Shown here: positions 21,174-30,987 of the stretch, piece after piece
How positions within the stretch are numbered: position 1 is the stretch's first letter
Layout of the letters: each line of letters opens with the position of its first letter
Source of the DNA: Thioclava sp.
GTDB taxonomy: Bacteria; Pseudomonadota; Alphaproteobacteria; Rhodobacterales; Rhodobacteraceae
Reading direction: 5' to 3'
Assembly: GCF_048263065.1 (NCBI RefSeq)
Contig: NZ_JBLXEM010000003.1
Location: 239,678 to 303,677, forward strand
DNA: 64,000 nucleotides
The notes under the pieces: generated by a model
Databases searched by the model: none
What the model was told of the DNA's origin: nothing
The model's input: the letters and a program-made list of their open reading frames with translations, nothing else
Position numbers and translations under genes: made by a program

Positions 21174-22205
21174 TTAGCCCACCGGCACCCAGATCACATC
21201 GTCGATTTTGGGCGCGCCGGTGGCGAGCATCACTAGCCGGTCAAATCCCAGCGCAATCCCCGAGGCGGGCGGCATGATCGCGAGGGCGGCGAGGAAATCT
21301 TCGTCCAGCGGATAGCGTTCGCCGTAAAGCTGCTCTTTGAGGTCCATATCGGCGCTGAACCGGCGGCGTTGCTCGCGCGCGTCGGTCAACTCGCCAAAGC
21401 CGTTGGCCAGCTCGACCCCGCAAGCGTATAGCTCAAACCGCTCGGCGAGGCGTGGATCATCCGGGGTGGGGCGGGCCAGCGCAGCCTCGGCCAGCGGGTA
21501 GCGATCAAGGATCGTCGCGCGGCCATGGCCCAGATGCGGCTCGACCTTGGCGACCAGCAGCTTTGACACCATATCTGACCAGCTGTCATCGCGCGCTACG
21601 CTGAAACCAGTATCGCCACATTGCGCGCGCAGGGCCGCGACATCGGTTGCAGCACCATCGCAGGTCGCCAGCAGATCGATCCCGGCATAATGTGCGAAAG
21701 CCTCGGCCACCGAGAGCCGCTCGGGCGGCGCGAACGGGTCGCAGTCCACGCCGTTATGGCGAAACAACGTGGCCCCTGCCGCCTGCGCGGCCAGTTGCAG
21801 CATCGCGGCACAATCGCGCATCAGAACGGTGTAATCCTCGCCCGCGCGATACCATTCCAGCATGGTAAATTCCGGGCTGTGGCGCGCCCCGCGCTCGCGG
21901 TTGCGCCAGACATGGGCGAAGGTCGCGATCCGGGGTTCGCCCGCCGCGAGCAGCTTTTTCATCGCGAATTCGGGCGAGGTATGCAGATACATCGTGCGGG
22001 GCTGCCCGTCATTGCCGATGGCTTGGGTGGCGAAGGCGTGCAGATGCGCCTCGTTGCCGGGGCTGATTTGCAGCGCGCTCGGATCGACTTCGAGAAAACT
22101 CTCATCGGCTAGCCAGCCCCGTATCGCGGACTGGATGCGCGCGCGTGCCAGAAGCGCGGGACGGCGGTCGGCATGGCGGTCAGGATGCCAGAAGGGGCGG
22201 GGCAT
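21174..22205 (-). CDS. epmA: elongation factor P--(R)-beta-lysine ligase (EpmA/PoxA/GenX)
   Basis: Truncated class-II LysRS-like protein with ...FLEVDPSALQISPGNEAHLHAF..., EFTMLEWY and GIALGFDRLVML. It is divergent from efp. Confidence 0.85.
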   Translation of the reverse strand: MPRPFWHPDRHADRRPALLARARIQSAIRGWLADESFLEVDPSALQISPGNEAHLHAFATQAIGNDGQPRTMYLHTSPEFAMKKLLAAGEPRIATFAHVWRNRERGARHSPEFTMLEWYRAGEDYTVLMRDCAAMLQLAAQAAGATLFRHNGVDCDPFAPPERLSVAEAFAHYAGIDLLATCDGAATDVAALRAQCGDTGFSVARDDSWSDMVSKLLVAKVEPHLGHGRATILDRYPLAEAALARPTPDDPRLAERFELYACGVELANGFGELTDAREQRRRFSADMDLKEQLYGERYPLDEDFLAALAIMPPASGIALGFDRLVMLATGAPKIDDVIWVPVG

Positions 22206-22304
22206 GACGTGGCTTTCAGGCTGGAAATCTAGGCTCAAATGGTTTAGGCGCTCAGCAATCCGGGCGCCAGAGCCTGTTTTTTGCGAATTCACAAGGGATA
22301 TCCC

Positions 22305-22874
22305 ATGGTCAAAGTCATCGCGTCTTCGGTCCGCAAGGGCAATGTGCTTGAAAGAGACGACAAGCTATATGTCGTGTTGTCGGCCCAAAACATCCATCCC
22401 GGCAAGGGCACGCCGGTGACGCAGGTCGATATGCGCCGCATTTCCGATGGCACCAAGGTCAGCGAACGCTGGCGCACCACCGAGCAGGTCGAGCGCGCCC
22501 ATGTCGAGGATGACGAGTATGATTTCCTCTATGAGGATGGCGAGGGCTATCACTTTATGGAGCCCAACACCTACGAGCAGATTGCGGTCCAAGAAGACGT
22601 GATCGGCGATGCCAAGGCGTTTCTGCGCGATGGGATTCGGGTTTATCTCAAGACGTTCCAGGGGGCTGCGATTGCAATCGAACTGCCCCAAAAGGTGACG
22701 GTCGAGGTTGAAGAAACCGAGCCGGTGGTCAAGGGTCAGACCGCCTCGTCAAGCTACAAGCCTTCGATGTGCACCGGTGGTATCCGCGTCATGGTCCCCC
22801 CCCATATCGGCGTGGGCACGCGCATCGTGATCAACACCGACGACAGCACCTACGTAGAGCGCGCGAAGGACTGA
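22305..22874 (+). CDS. efp: translation elongation factor P
   Basis: 189 aa: [38 protein letters not shown].... The modification-loop lysine lies in PGKG. Confidence 0.95.
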   Translation: MVKVIASSVRKGNVLERDDKLYVVLSAQNIHPGKGTPVTQVDMRRISDGTKVSERWRTTEQVERAHVEDDEYDFLYEDGEGYHFMEPNTYEQIAVQEDVIGDAKAFLRDGIRVYLKTFQGAAIAIELPQKVTVEVEETEPVVKGQTASSSYKPSMCTGGIRVMVPPHIGVGTRIVINTDDSTYVERAKD

Positions 22875-22895
22875 TCCTGTCGCGACCGTTGGACG

Positions 22896-22923
22896 GAAAG
22901 GGCGTCTTGCGGGGCGCCTTTTT
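22896..22923 (+). terminator. Rho-independent terminator after efp
   Basis: GGCGTC (22900-05) / GGCGCC (22912-17) forms a stem with one G-U pair and loop TTGCGG, followed by TTTTTT. It is nearly identical in reverse complement to the lexA terminator. Confidence 0.75.
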
Positions 22924-23825
22924 TATGCGCTGAGGTCGGGGCGGGCAGGTTTGACGGGCCAAAGTTCCAGCATCCCCGCCGCCAGCACCAGCGCGCCGCC
23001 CGTAATTTCGAGAACGGACAGCGTCTCATGGGCGAAAGCTGCGGCGGTGGCGGCCCCCACGACGACCTCGGTCATCATCAAGATGCCGACGCGCGCGGGA
23101 TCGATGCGCACAGTGGCCCACATCAACGCTGCCAGCGACAGCCCCCACCAGAGCGCGCCGGACACCAGTGCGAGGGCGAGCGGGGCAAGCAGGCTTTGCG
23201 CCTGTTGCGTGGTTGGGGTCGGTTGCAGAACCGGCACAAGCACCGCGCAGGCCAGCGCCGCGCCAAGCGCAAAAACAAACGCCGACGGCCCCGGTTGCAG
23301 GGTGGATTTCGCGCGCATGCCCGTCGTTGCGATCGACCATAGCAGGCCCCCGAGCAGCGACATCCATTCGCCGAGGTTGCGCGGCAGCGGCAGCCCGCCC
23401 CCTGCGCCCAGCATCAGCGCAAGACCCGCGATGCCGACGATCATCGCTACGATCCGCAGGCGCGGGGTCGGCCAGCCCATGAGGAACCGCGCGATCAGCG
23501 TGCTCCAGACCGGGGTGAGGCACCAGAGCAGGATGATCAGCGCTACACGGCCATAGAGAAACCCGATTGAATATAGCGCGAAGGCGGCCCCGCCTAATGC
23601 GATGGAAAACAGCGCGAATTTAGGACTGCGCGCGATATCGTGGCGGCGTGCATAGGCGTTGGGTGCCAGCACGATCAGCGCCCCGAGCGTGATGACCAAA
23701 GTCCCCCAAGCGCCCGCGAAACCGCGATCGGCCAAGGCGCGCACGGGAAACCAGTACAGCCCCCAGATCACGCCGGTCGCAAGGGTGATCGCGCTGGCGA
23801 TCAGGGTGATGCGGTCGTCTTTCAT
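22923..23825 (-). CDS. DMT superfamily (EamA-like) transporter
   Basis: 300 aa with about 10 hydrophobic helices and the duplicated EamA-type architecture. Confidence 0.75.
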   Translation of the reverse strand: MKDDRITLIASAITLATGVIWGLYWFPVRALADRGFAGAWGTLVITLGALIVLAPNAYARRHDIARSPKFALFSIALGGAAFALYSIGFLYGRVALIILLWCLTPVWSTLIARFLMGWPTPRLRIVAMIVGIAGLALMLGAGGGLPLPRNLGEWMSLLGGLLWSIATTGMRAKSTLQPGPSAFVFALGAALACAVLVPVLQPTPTTQQAQSLLAPLALALVSGALWWGLSLAALMWATVRIDPARVGILMMTEVVVGAATAAAFAHETLSVLEITGGALVLAAGMLELWPVKPARPDLSA

Positions 23826-23834
23826 ATGCTGGAA

Positions 23835-24656
23835 TTAGCCAAGTTTGGCGATCCACGCCCGTAACGCCGCCAGTGACTGGGGTTCGTCGAGAAAGGGGAT
23901 ATGTGCGCGATCTGGCACGGCGGTATAGATCATGTCGGGGCGTCGAGTTTGCATTTCCTGTGCCGTCGCGTTGCTAAGCAGATCGGAATTCGCGCCGTGA
24001 ATGAGCGCAATCGGCAGCTCGGCGCAGGCGTCAAACAGCGGCCAAACTTCGGCGACGCCATCCTTGAAGGCGGCCAAGAATGCATCGCGCAGCGCTGGAT
24101 CGTAGTTGATTATTAGGCCCGCGTCGGTTTGCAGATAGTGATGGTGGCTTTCTTCCAGCCACCGGCTTGCGGGCACATTCGCAAAGCCGGTCATAGCTGC
24201 AGGCAGTTTTGCCGCCAGTTCGGCATGCGTTTTGGCAACCGGATTGCGCCCGATATAGTCGAAGATCTTGTCCAGCCCGTTTTGTTCGAGCACTGGGCCG
24301 ACATCATTCAGACAGAGCCCGATCATGCGGTCCTTAGCGGTCGCTGCAAGATACATCGCGATCAGCCCGCCACGTGAGCTGCCAAGGATCGCCGCGCGAT
24401 CAAGTCCCAGATGGTTGAGAAGTTGTATCGCATCGGCCCCTTCGCGCGGCACGCTGTAGCTGGCTTGGCCGCTCCAGTCGCTTTGCCCCCGTCCGCGATA
24501 ATCCATTCGGATCAAACGGATGCCATCCAGATGCGGCGCCATATAGTCGAAATCATGCACCGTGCGCGTCAACCCCGCCAGCGCCAAAACCGGCACGCCC
24601 GTGCCCTCATCAAGATAGGCGATTTTTGCCCCGTCATCGGCGGTGAAAAATTCCAT
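23835..24656 (-). CDS. alpha/beta hydrolase
   Basis: 273 aa with the nucleophile elbow GSSRGG and a C-terminal ...PDRAHIPFLDEP histidine motif. Confidence 0.8.
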   Translation of the reverse strand: MEFFTADDGAKIAYLDEGTGVPVLALAGLTRTVHDFDYMAPHLDGIRLIRMDYRGRGQSDWSGQASYSVPREGADAIQLLNHLGLDRAAILGSSRGGLIAMYLAATAKDRMIGLCLNDVGPVLEQNGLDKIFDYIGRNPVAKTHAELAAKLPAAMTGFANVPASRWLEESHHHYLQTDAGLIINYDPALRDAFLAAFKDGVAEVWPLFDACAELPIALIHGANSDLLSNATAQEMQTRRPDMIYTAVPDRAHIPFLDEPQSLAALRAWIAKLG

Positions 24657-24716
24657 GTCGCTCTCCTCTGGAATACTACGGCTGCTCAGATCATACTGCG
24701 TTCAAAGGAGAGTTCT

Positions 24717-25313
24717 ATGCCCGATAAGCTCGATAGATTGCACGAAAAACTGAATGAGATCGAAGAGGAAATCGAGGCGGAATGGGCTACGCGCCGCGAT
24801 GCGATGGCCTATCGGCTAGATCATAATCGCGTGGTGTTTGAGCAAAGCGCGCGTGAGGCGCAGCGGCGCGCGCGGGTGAATTTGTGGATTTTCCTCAAGC
24901 GCACGCGCCCGATGGTGGTGCTGACCGCTCCGGTGATCTATTCGCTAATTATCCCATTCGTTTTACTTGATCTTTTCGTCACGATCTATCAGGCGATTTG
25001 CTTTCCGATCTATCATATCGCCAAGGTGAAACGCGCCGATCACATCGCGATTGACCGTCAGCATTTGGCCTATCTGAACGCGCTGCAAAAGCTGAACTGC
25101 GTCTATTGCGGCTATGGCAACGGGGTGCTGAGCTATGTGCGCGAGGTGGCCGCGCGCACCGAGCAATTCTGGTGCCCGATCAAACATGCGCGCCGCCTTG
25201 AAGGTCAACATGGGCGCTACGGCGATTTTGTCGACTACGGCGATGCCGAGGCGTTCAACAGGCAAACCGTAAGGCTGCGCAATGCGCTGCGAAAGATGGA
25301 TGAGAACCGATAA
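24717..25313 (+). CDS. hypothetical membrane protein with CxxC...CPIKH motif
   Basis: 198 aa from ATG 24717. It has an acidic coiled N-terminus, two TM helices (VVLTAPVIYSLIIPFVLLDLFVTIYQAICFPIY), then NCVYCGYGNG...FWCPIKHA. Confidence 0.55.
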   Translation: MPDKLDRLHEKLNEIEEEIEAEWATRRDAMAYRLDHNRVVFEQSAREAQRRARVNLWIFLKRTRPMVVLTAPVIYSLIIPFVLLDLFVTIYQAICFPIYHIAKVKRADHIAIDRQHLAYLNALQKLNCVYCGYGNGVLSYVREVAARTEQFWCPIKHARRLEGQHGRYGDFVDYGDAEAFNRQTVRLRNALRKMDENR

Positions 25314-25319
25314 GCGGGC

Positions 25320-25991
25320 CTAGACCCAATCGGGCACCGCGCGTAGATCGCTCAGGATCGCGGCGGGTTTGTAGGGCAGCCGTTCGGGCGGTGCACCCGC
25401 GCGATTGATCCAAAGCACGCGAAACCCGGCCTTGGCCGCGCCGGCTGCATCCCAACCGTTGGACGAGACAAAAACGGTCTTTTCGGGCGCGACGCCCATG
25501 CGATCTGCGATCATCTTGTAGACCGAGGCGGTCGGTTTGAACCGGCTGAGGTCGGCAACCGACAGCACCTCATCCAGCAGCGGTCCGATCCCGGCGGCAT
25601 GCACCGCAGCCTCCAGCATGTCGGGCGACCCGTTGGACAGAATCGCGCGCCCGATGCCGCGATGATGCAGCGCCTCCAGCATCTCGGGAACTTCCGGGTA
25701 GGCGGGCAATTCGCGATAGAGCGCCATCAGGCGATTGGCGAGCTCGGGATCGCTTAGCCCCTGCGCCTCCATCGCCCAGTCGAGCCCATCGCGGGTCAGT
25801 TGCCAGAAATCGACGTAATCGCCCATGATTTCGCGCAGCCAGCTATATTCTAGCTGTTTGCGCCGCCAATCGGCGGCCAGTCGCGGCCAGATTTCCTGCA
25901 GGCGCGGTTCCTCAATCGCCAAATCGCGCGCGGCGGCATCGACATCGAACAATGTGCCGTAAGCGTCAAAGACGCAAAGCTGAATGGACAT
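25320..25991 (-). CDS. haloacid dehalogenase type II (HAD superfamily)
   Basis: MSIQLCVFDAYGTLFDV carries the DxYGTL nucleophile motif. ...ILSNGS... and VSSNGWD also fit. 223 aa from ATG 25991. Confidence 0.8.
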   Translation of the reverse strand: MSIQLCVFDAYGTLFDVDAAARDLAIEEPRLQEIWPRLAADWRRKQLEYSWLREIMGDYVDFWQLTRDGLDWAMEAQGLSDPELANRLMALYRELPAYPEVPEMLEALHHRGIGRAILSNGSPDMLEAAVHAAGIGPLLDEVLSVADLSRFKPTASVYKMIADRMGVAPEKTVFVSSNGWDAAGAAKAGFRVLWINRAGAPPERLPYKPAAILSDLRAVPDWV

Positions 25992-26042
25992 GCTCAGTCC
26001 TCCCCGCGACCAGTCTAGCGCCGGGCGGCCACTTCGCAAGGG

Positions 26043-26822
26043 TCAGTAGATCTCGCGCGATTTCTGCGCAGCGGCCGCAAGGCCTTGGGCCAAGCGCGCG
26101 TCAAACCCGTTTTCGCGCAGAGTGAGCAGACCAGCGGCGGTGGTTCCCGCATAGTCGATCATCTCATCGACATGATCTTGCGGGCTGGGGCCGTGCGCCA
26201 TCATCTCACCTGCTGCAAGGAAAAGCTGACGCACCGCGCGATCAGCGATCCCGGGGGGAACGCCCTCGGCCTCGGCATGGCGCACCATCGCGGCAGCGCA
26301 GGCGGCGACAAAACCGGGCACGGGGCCGGTCATCGCGGTGAAAAGGTCGATATGGGATTCGCTCTGGAGTTCGTCAGTGGTTCCGCAGGCTTCAAACAGT
26401 GTACGGGTGCGGGCGCGGTCTTGCGGCGTGACGGCGGTGCTTGCGATCCAGGGGGAATAGGCCAGTGCGCTGGCGGCGGCGGGGCTCGACATGGCACGGA
26501 TCACGCGGGGGCTGCCCGAGAGGCGGGACAGTTCGGCCAGCGGCACCCCCGCCATGACCGAGATCACCAGCGTGTCGCGCGCATTGATGCGCAGATTGCG
26601 CGCGCCAGAGGGCGGGACGCACAGGATCACCACGTCGCAGCGCTCGGCTAAGGCTTGCGGATCGCGCAGGGTGTTTTCGGGGGGGAAGTCTGCGATGTCG
26701 GGGGCCTTGCCCGAGCGGTTTGCGACATACAGCGCTTGGGGTTCGGCCCGCCAAAGCGCCTGCGCGATTGCGCCGCCTAACATCCCTGAGCCGATTATGC
26801 CGATTGAAAACCCAAGTGCCAT
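26043..26822 (-). CDS. pyrroline-5-carboxylate reductase-like NAD(P)-dependent oxidoreductase
   Basis: Rossmann N-terminus IGIIGSGMLGGAIAQAL and a ProC-family C-terminal dimerisation-like region. The true substrate is not assignable. Confidence 0.55.
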   Translation of the reverse strand: MALGFSIGIIGSGMLGGAIAQALWRAEPQALYVANRSGKAPDIADFPPENTLRDPQALAERCDVVILCVPPSGARNLRINARDTLVISVMAGVPLAELSRLSGSPRVIRAMSSPAAASALAYSPWIASTAVTPQDRARTRTLFEACGTTDELQSESHIDLFTAMTGPVPGFVAACAAAMVRHAEAEGVPPGIADRAVRQLFLAAGEMMAHGPSPQDHVDEMIDYAGTTAAGLLTLRENGFDARLAQGLAAAAQKSREIY

Positions 26823-26881
26823 GCGCCGCTCCCTTAAAGATTTGGGCGCAGCCTAGCGCGTGGCGGATGCTGGCGAAACCC

Positions 26882-27670
26882 TTACAGGTTATCGGCGGCG
26901 GGCATGCCCATGACGTGATAGCCGCTATCGACCGAGATGATCTCACCGCTGGTGCAAGCGCCATAGTCCGAGCACAGGTAAACGGCGGTGCCACCGATCG
27001 CCTCTAGCGTGGCGTTGTGGCGCAAAGGTGCGTTGGCCTCGGTATGGCGGAAGGTCTTGCGTGCCCCGCCAATTGCCGCGCCCGCCAGCGTTTTCATTGG
27101 GCCGGGCGAGATTGCGTTGACGCGAATGCCATCCGGCCCCAGATCGGCGGCCAGATAGCGCACAGCCGATTCCAGCGCTGCCTTGGCCACGCCCATCACG
27201 TTGTAGAACGGCGTCACGCGCTGCGACCCCATATAGGTCAGCGTGATCATTGAGCCGCCGTCATTCATCAATTCGCTGGCCCGTTTGGCCACGTCGATAA
27301 AGCTGTAGCAGGAAATCGTAAGCGAGTTCTTAAAGTTGTCGCGCGAGGTGTCGATGATGCGGCCTGTCAGCTCGTTCTTGTCAGAGAACGCGATGGCGTG
27401 GACCACGAAATCGAGGCTGCCCCATTCGTCTTTGATCTGCGCAAAGGCCGCATCCATCGAGGCATCATCCGTCACATCGACATCGACCAGCAGGCTGGCA
27501 CCGACGCTGGCGGCAAGCGGTTCGACGCGCTTTCCGAACGCGTCGCCCTGATAGGAAAACGCCAATTCCGCGCCCTCATCGGCCAGCGCCTTGGCAATCC
27601 CCCACGCAATCGAGCGCTCATTGGCGACGCCCATCACGAGGCCGCGCTTGCCCTTCATCAGATCTGCCAT
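26882..27670 (-). CDS. fabI: enoyl-[acyl-carrier-protein] reductase (NADH)
   Basis: 262 aa: MKGKRGLVMGVANERSIAWGIAKAL...YNVMGVAKAALE... Confidence 0.93.
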   Translation of the reverse strand: MADLMKGKRGLVMGVANERSIAWGIAKALADEGAELAFSYQGDAFGKRVEPLAASVGASLLVDVDVTDDASMDAAFAQIKDEWGSLDFVVHAIAFSDKNELTGRIIDTSRDNFKNSLTISCYSFIDVAKRASELMNDGGSMITLTYMGSQRVTPFYNVMGVAKAALESAVRYLAADLGPDGIRVNAISPGPMKTLAGAAIGGARKTFRHTEANAPLRHNATLEAIGGTAVYLCSDYGACTSGEIISVDSGYHVMGMPAADNL

Positions 27671-27696
27671 GTCCGCCCTCGCCGAGATTTTCTGAA

Positions 27697-28923
27697 TTAG
27701 TCTTTGTATTTGCTCATCAAAAGCGAGGCGTTCGTGCCGCCAAAGCCGAAGCTGTTGGACAGCACCGAATCATGGTTCACATTCTCGACCAGCTTGGTCG
27801 CGATTTCGCCTTCACGGATGCCGGGATCAAGTTCGGTGACGTTGATCGAGGGCGCGATAAAATCGTGCTGCATCATCAGAAGCGAGTAGATCGCCTCGTT
27901 CGCGCCCGCCGCGCCAAGCGCGTGTCCGGTCATCGACTTGGTCGAGCTAATCGGCGCGTGGTCGTCACCAAGGGCGCGGCGCACGGCTTCGACCTCGACA
28001 ACATCGCCGACCACGGTCGAGGTGCCGTGGGCGTTGATATAGGTGATCTTGCGCCCCTCAGCCAAAGTCGACGACGCCAGTTTCATCGCGCGTTCGCCAC
28101 CCTCACCCGAGGGGGCAACCATGTCATAGCCGTCCGAAGTCGCGCCGTAACCGGTGATTTCAGCGTAGATTTTCGCGCCGCGGGCCTTGGCGTGTTCCAG
28201 TTCCTCAAGCACCAGCATGCCGCCGCCGCCGCCAATCACGAACCCGTCGCGGGTTGCATCGAATGCGCGCGCCGCCGTAGTGGGCGTGTCGTTATATTTT
28301 GACGACATCGCGCCCATCGCGTCGAACAGGCACGACAGTGTCCAGTCGACCTCTTCGCCGCCACCGGCAAAGACCATGTCCTGCTTGCCCATCTGGATCA
28401 GCTCGCAGGCATTGCCGATGCAATGCGCGGACGTCGAGCAGGCCGAGGTGATTGAGTAGTTCACACCCTTGATCTGGAACGGCGTGGCAAGGCAGGCCGA
28501 GACGGTCGAGGACATACATTTGGTGACCGCGAACGGGCCGATCCGCTTAGGGCTGCCCTTTTCTTGGACAATCTGATGCGCGGCAAAGAAACTCGAGGTG
28601 GATGGGCCGCCCGAGCCTGCGATCAGGCCGGTGCGTTCGTTTGAAATGTCGGATTGTTCCAGCCCGGCATCGGCAATCGCCTGCGCCATCGCGATATAGG
28701 CATAGGCGGCCGTCGGCCCCATGAAGCGCAGCTGGCGCTTGTCGATATTGGCGGCCAGATCAATCTCGGGCACGCCCGCGACCTGACTGCGAAAGCCCAA
28801 CTCGGCATATTCGGGCTGGAAGGTGATGCCCGATTTTCCAGCCCTGAGGCTGGCGGTGACTTCCTCGGCAGAGTTGCCGATGGGCGAGACGATGCCCAGC
28901 CCGGTAATGACGACACGGCGCAT
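27697..28923 (-). CDS. fabB: beta-ketoacyl-ACP synthase I
   Basis: [17 protein letters not shown]..., active-site region [13 protein letters not shown], and HGTSTVVGD / GHALGAAG. It is adjacent to fabA. Confidence 0.9.
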   Translation of the reverse strand: MRRVVITGLGIVSPIGNSAEEVTASLRAGKSGITFQPEYAELGFRSQVAGVPEIDLAANIDKRQLRFMGPTAAYAYIAMAQAIADAGLEQSDISNERTGLIAGSGGPSTSSFFAAHQIVQEKGSPKRIGPFAVTKCMSSTVSACLATPFQIKGVNYSITSACSTSAHCIGNACELIQMGKQDMVFAGGGEEVDWTLSCLFDAMGAMSSKYNDTPTTAARAFDATRDGFVIGGGGGMLVLEELEHAKARGAKIYAEITGYGATSDGYDMVAPSGEGGERAMKLASSTLAEGRKITYINAHGTSTVVGDVVEVEAVRRALGDDHAPISSTKSMTGHALGAAGANEAIYSLLMMQHDFIAPSINVTELDPGIREGEIATKLVENVNHDSVLSNSFGFGGTNASLLMSKYKD

Positions 28924-28949
28924 ACGGCCCTCCATTCTTTCTCTGGCGC

Positions 28950-29459
28950 TCAGGTTTCCGAGAGCGCGACTTTCATATCTTTGACCTGATAGATCACGTC
29001 TCCATCGGCCTCGACAATACCATCAGCAACCCCCATCGTGAGGCGGCGGGTTTGAATGGCTTTGGTGAAATCGACCTTATAGGTCAGCATTTTGCGTTCG
29101 GGGCGCACCATGCCGGTCAGCTTGACCTCACCGACACCCAGCGCATAGCCGCGCCCTTGCCAGCCGCGCCAGCCCAAGTTGAACCCGGTCAATTGCCACA
29201 GGCCATCAAGGCCCAGACAGCCCGGCATAATCGGATTGCCGGGGAAGTGGCATTCAAAGAACCACAGATCGGGGGTGATATCGAATTCGGCAACGACATG
29301 GCCCTTGCCGTGTAAGCCGCCATCGCCCGAAATCTCGGTGATGCGGTCCATCATCAGCATCGGCGGCGCGGGAAGCTGCGCATTGCCGGGACCGAACAAC
29401 TCGCCCCGCGCACATTTGAGGAGATCCTCTTTCCCGAAGCTCGTCGGAAATCCTGTCAT
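28950..29459 (-). CDS. fabA: 3-hydroxydecanoyl-ACP dehydratase/isomerase
   Basis: 169 aa with ...[26 protein letters not shown]... Confidence 0.95.
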   Translation of the reverse strand: MTGFPTSFGKEDLLKCARGELFGPGNAQLPAPPMLMMDRITEISGDGGLHGKGHVVAEFDITPDLWFFECHFPGNPIMPGCLGLDGLWQLTGFNLGWRGWQGRGYALGVGEVKLTGMVRPERKMLTYKVDFTKAIQTRRLTMGVADGIVEADGDVIYQVKDMKVALSET

Positions 29460-29607
29460 ACCTGCCCCCTCATGGTTCTGCCCCGCGTTTTCAATTGTCT
29501 ATCATTGCCGCGCCAATCGGCGCAAGGGCAAGGGGAATGGCGCAGTAACGCGGTTGCATTGAAATTTGATGCGCAAACCTGCATATATACAGGGGAGGAG
29601 TGCTAAG

Positions 29608-30033
29608 ATGTCCGTGATACCAAATTTGATGCAGACGCGCGCTCAGGCGTGGCTGAATAAGGCCGACTTGCGTCCGACGCGGCAACGCTTGGCACTGGCG
29701 GCGCTTTTGGTGGGCGATGGCGAGAACCGTCATGTCACCGCTGAAAGCCTGTATGCGGCAGCAGTTGACGCGGGCGAGAAGGTCTCGCTGGCCACGGTCT
29801 ACAATACGTTGCGCGCGTTTTGTGGGGCCGGGTTAATGCATGAAATCACGGTCGATGGCTCGCGCAGCTATTTCGACACGCGCATGGATAATCACCCGCA
29901 TTTCTTCTGGGAAGACGAGAATCGGATTTCCGATGCACCTGCTGAAGAATTGGAACTGGCTCGCGTGCCCAAGGCCCCCGAAGGGGCGCAGGTGACGCGG
30001 GTGGATGTGGTGATCCGGGTGCGGCGCACTTAG
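29608..30033 (+). CDS. irr: Fur-family regulator, Irr-type (iron response regulator)
   Basis: 141 aa from ATG 29608. It has a Fur-family wHTH (LRPTRQRLALAALL...HVTAESLY...ATVYNTLRAF) and an HPH motif. The divergent position relative to fabA matches the known irr-fabA synteny in alphaproteobacteria. Confidence 0.7.
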   Translation: MSVIPNLMQTRAQAWLNKADLRPTRQRLALAALLVGDGENRHVTAESLYAAAVDAGEKVSLATVYNTLRAFCGAGLMHEITVDGSRSYFDTRMDNHPHFFWEDENRISDAPAEELELARVPKAPEGAQVTRVDVVIRVRRT

Positions 30034-30039
30034 CGACGC

Positions 30040-30987
30040 CTAAGGCAGAACCGCCAGCCAGCCCCAGATTGTGAAGATCGACAGCGCGGTAGCGATCAGC
30101 ACCGCCGAGGCCGCGACGCGTCGCCCAACCCCGTAGAGATTGGCGAATATGTAGGCATTTACGCCCGGTGCCATCGCCCCTGTCAGCGTGGCCGAGCGCA
30201 GCGCGCTGGTGTCGACGTGAAACGCGAAATGCGCCAGCGCGTAGGCAATGCCGGGATGCACCACCAGCGAGAGCACCGCAATCATCGCAATTGCACGGCT
30301 GTCGCCCTCGGGGCGGTAGCGATACAGCACGCCACCCAGCCCGAACAGCGCCGCTGGCAGCGCCGCTTGCGCCATCATATCCATGCCCGCTTGCAGCGGA
30401 TGGGGCAGCGGATACCCCGTCAGCGCGGTTCCCAGTTTGATCGCGAAACCCGTCATGATTCCGATCACCAGCGGCGTGCGCACCACCCCCAGTAGCGCGT
30501 TCATCCCGACGCGGCCAAGCCCCGCGCCGGTGCCGTGATTGCGCACGCCCTCCATTGTGAGGATGCCGATGGTGTACAGCAGCGGCGCGTGGATCGAGAT
30601 GATTGCGAAATTGCCCGACAGGGCGTCGGTGCCATAGGCGCGCTCAGTGATCGGCACGCCCAGCAGCAGCGAGTTGGAAAACAGGCAGGCAAAGCCGATG
30701 GCGACGCTTTCCGGCCCGGTGCGCCCCATCATCCGCGCGCCGGCGATCCCGATTGCAAAAGACACCAGCGCGCCTGCATAAAACGCGCTCATCATGCCCC
30801 AGTTGTAGCTTTGGCCAAGGTCAAGATTGGCGATCGAGCGCGCCAGCAGGACCGGCACCGCGAAATTCTGCGCAAAGCGCATCAGCCCATCGACGGCACT
30901 GTCCGAAAACATCCCGCGCCACGCCACCACATAGCCAAAGCCGAGCACCAGAAAAACCGGCAGGATGACGTCGATCAGCGAACTCAT
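30040..30987 (-). CDS. AEC (auxin efflux carrier) family transporter
   Basis: 315 aa, about 10 TM segments, N-terminus MSSLIDVILPVFLVLGFGYV typical of the family. Confidence 0.8.
   Translation of the reverse strand: MSSLIDVILPVFLVLGFGYVVAWRGMFSDSAVDGLMRFAQNFAVPVLLARSIANLDLGQSYNWGMMSAFYAGALVSFAIGIAGARMMGRTGPESVAIGFACLFSNSLLLGVPITERAYGTDALSGNFAIISIHAPLLYTIGILTMEGVRNHGTGAGLGRVGMNALLGVVRTPLVIGIMTGFAIKLGTALTGYPLPHPLQAGMDMMAQAALPAALFGLGGVLYRYRPEGDSRAIAMIAVLSLVVHPGIAYALAHFAFHVDTSALRSATLTGAMAPGVNAYIFANLYGVGRRVAASAVLIATALSIFTIWGWLAVLP

Noticed and set aside
29530-29607. Possible Irr/Fur operator in the fabA-irr spacer (TTGCATTGAAATTTGATGCGCAA, and the imperfect palindrome CCTGCATATATACAGG at 29578-93).
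   Set aside because: Neither sequence matches the ICE/Irr-box (TTTAGAA-N3-TTCTAAA) or a Fur box, and the dyad symmetry is imperfect. This is insufficient to call a site.
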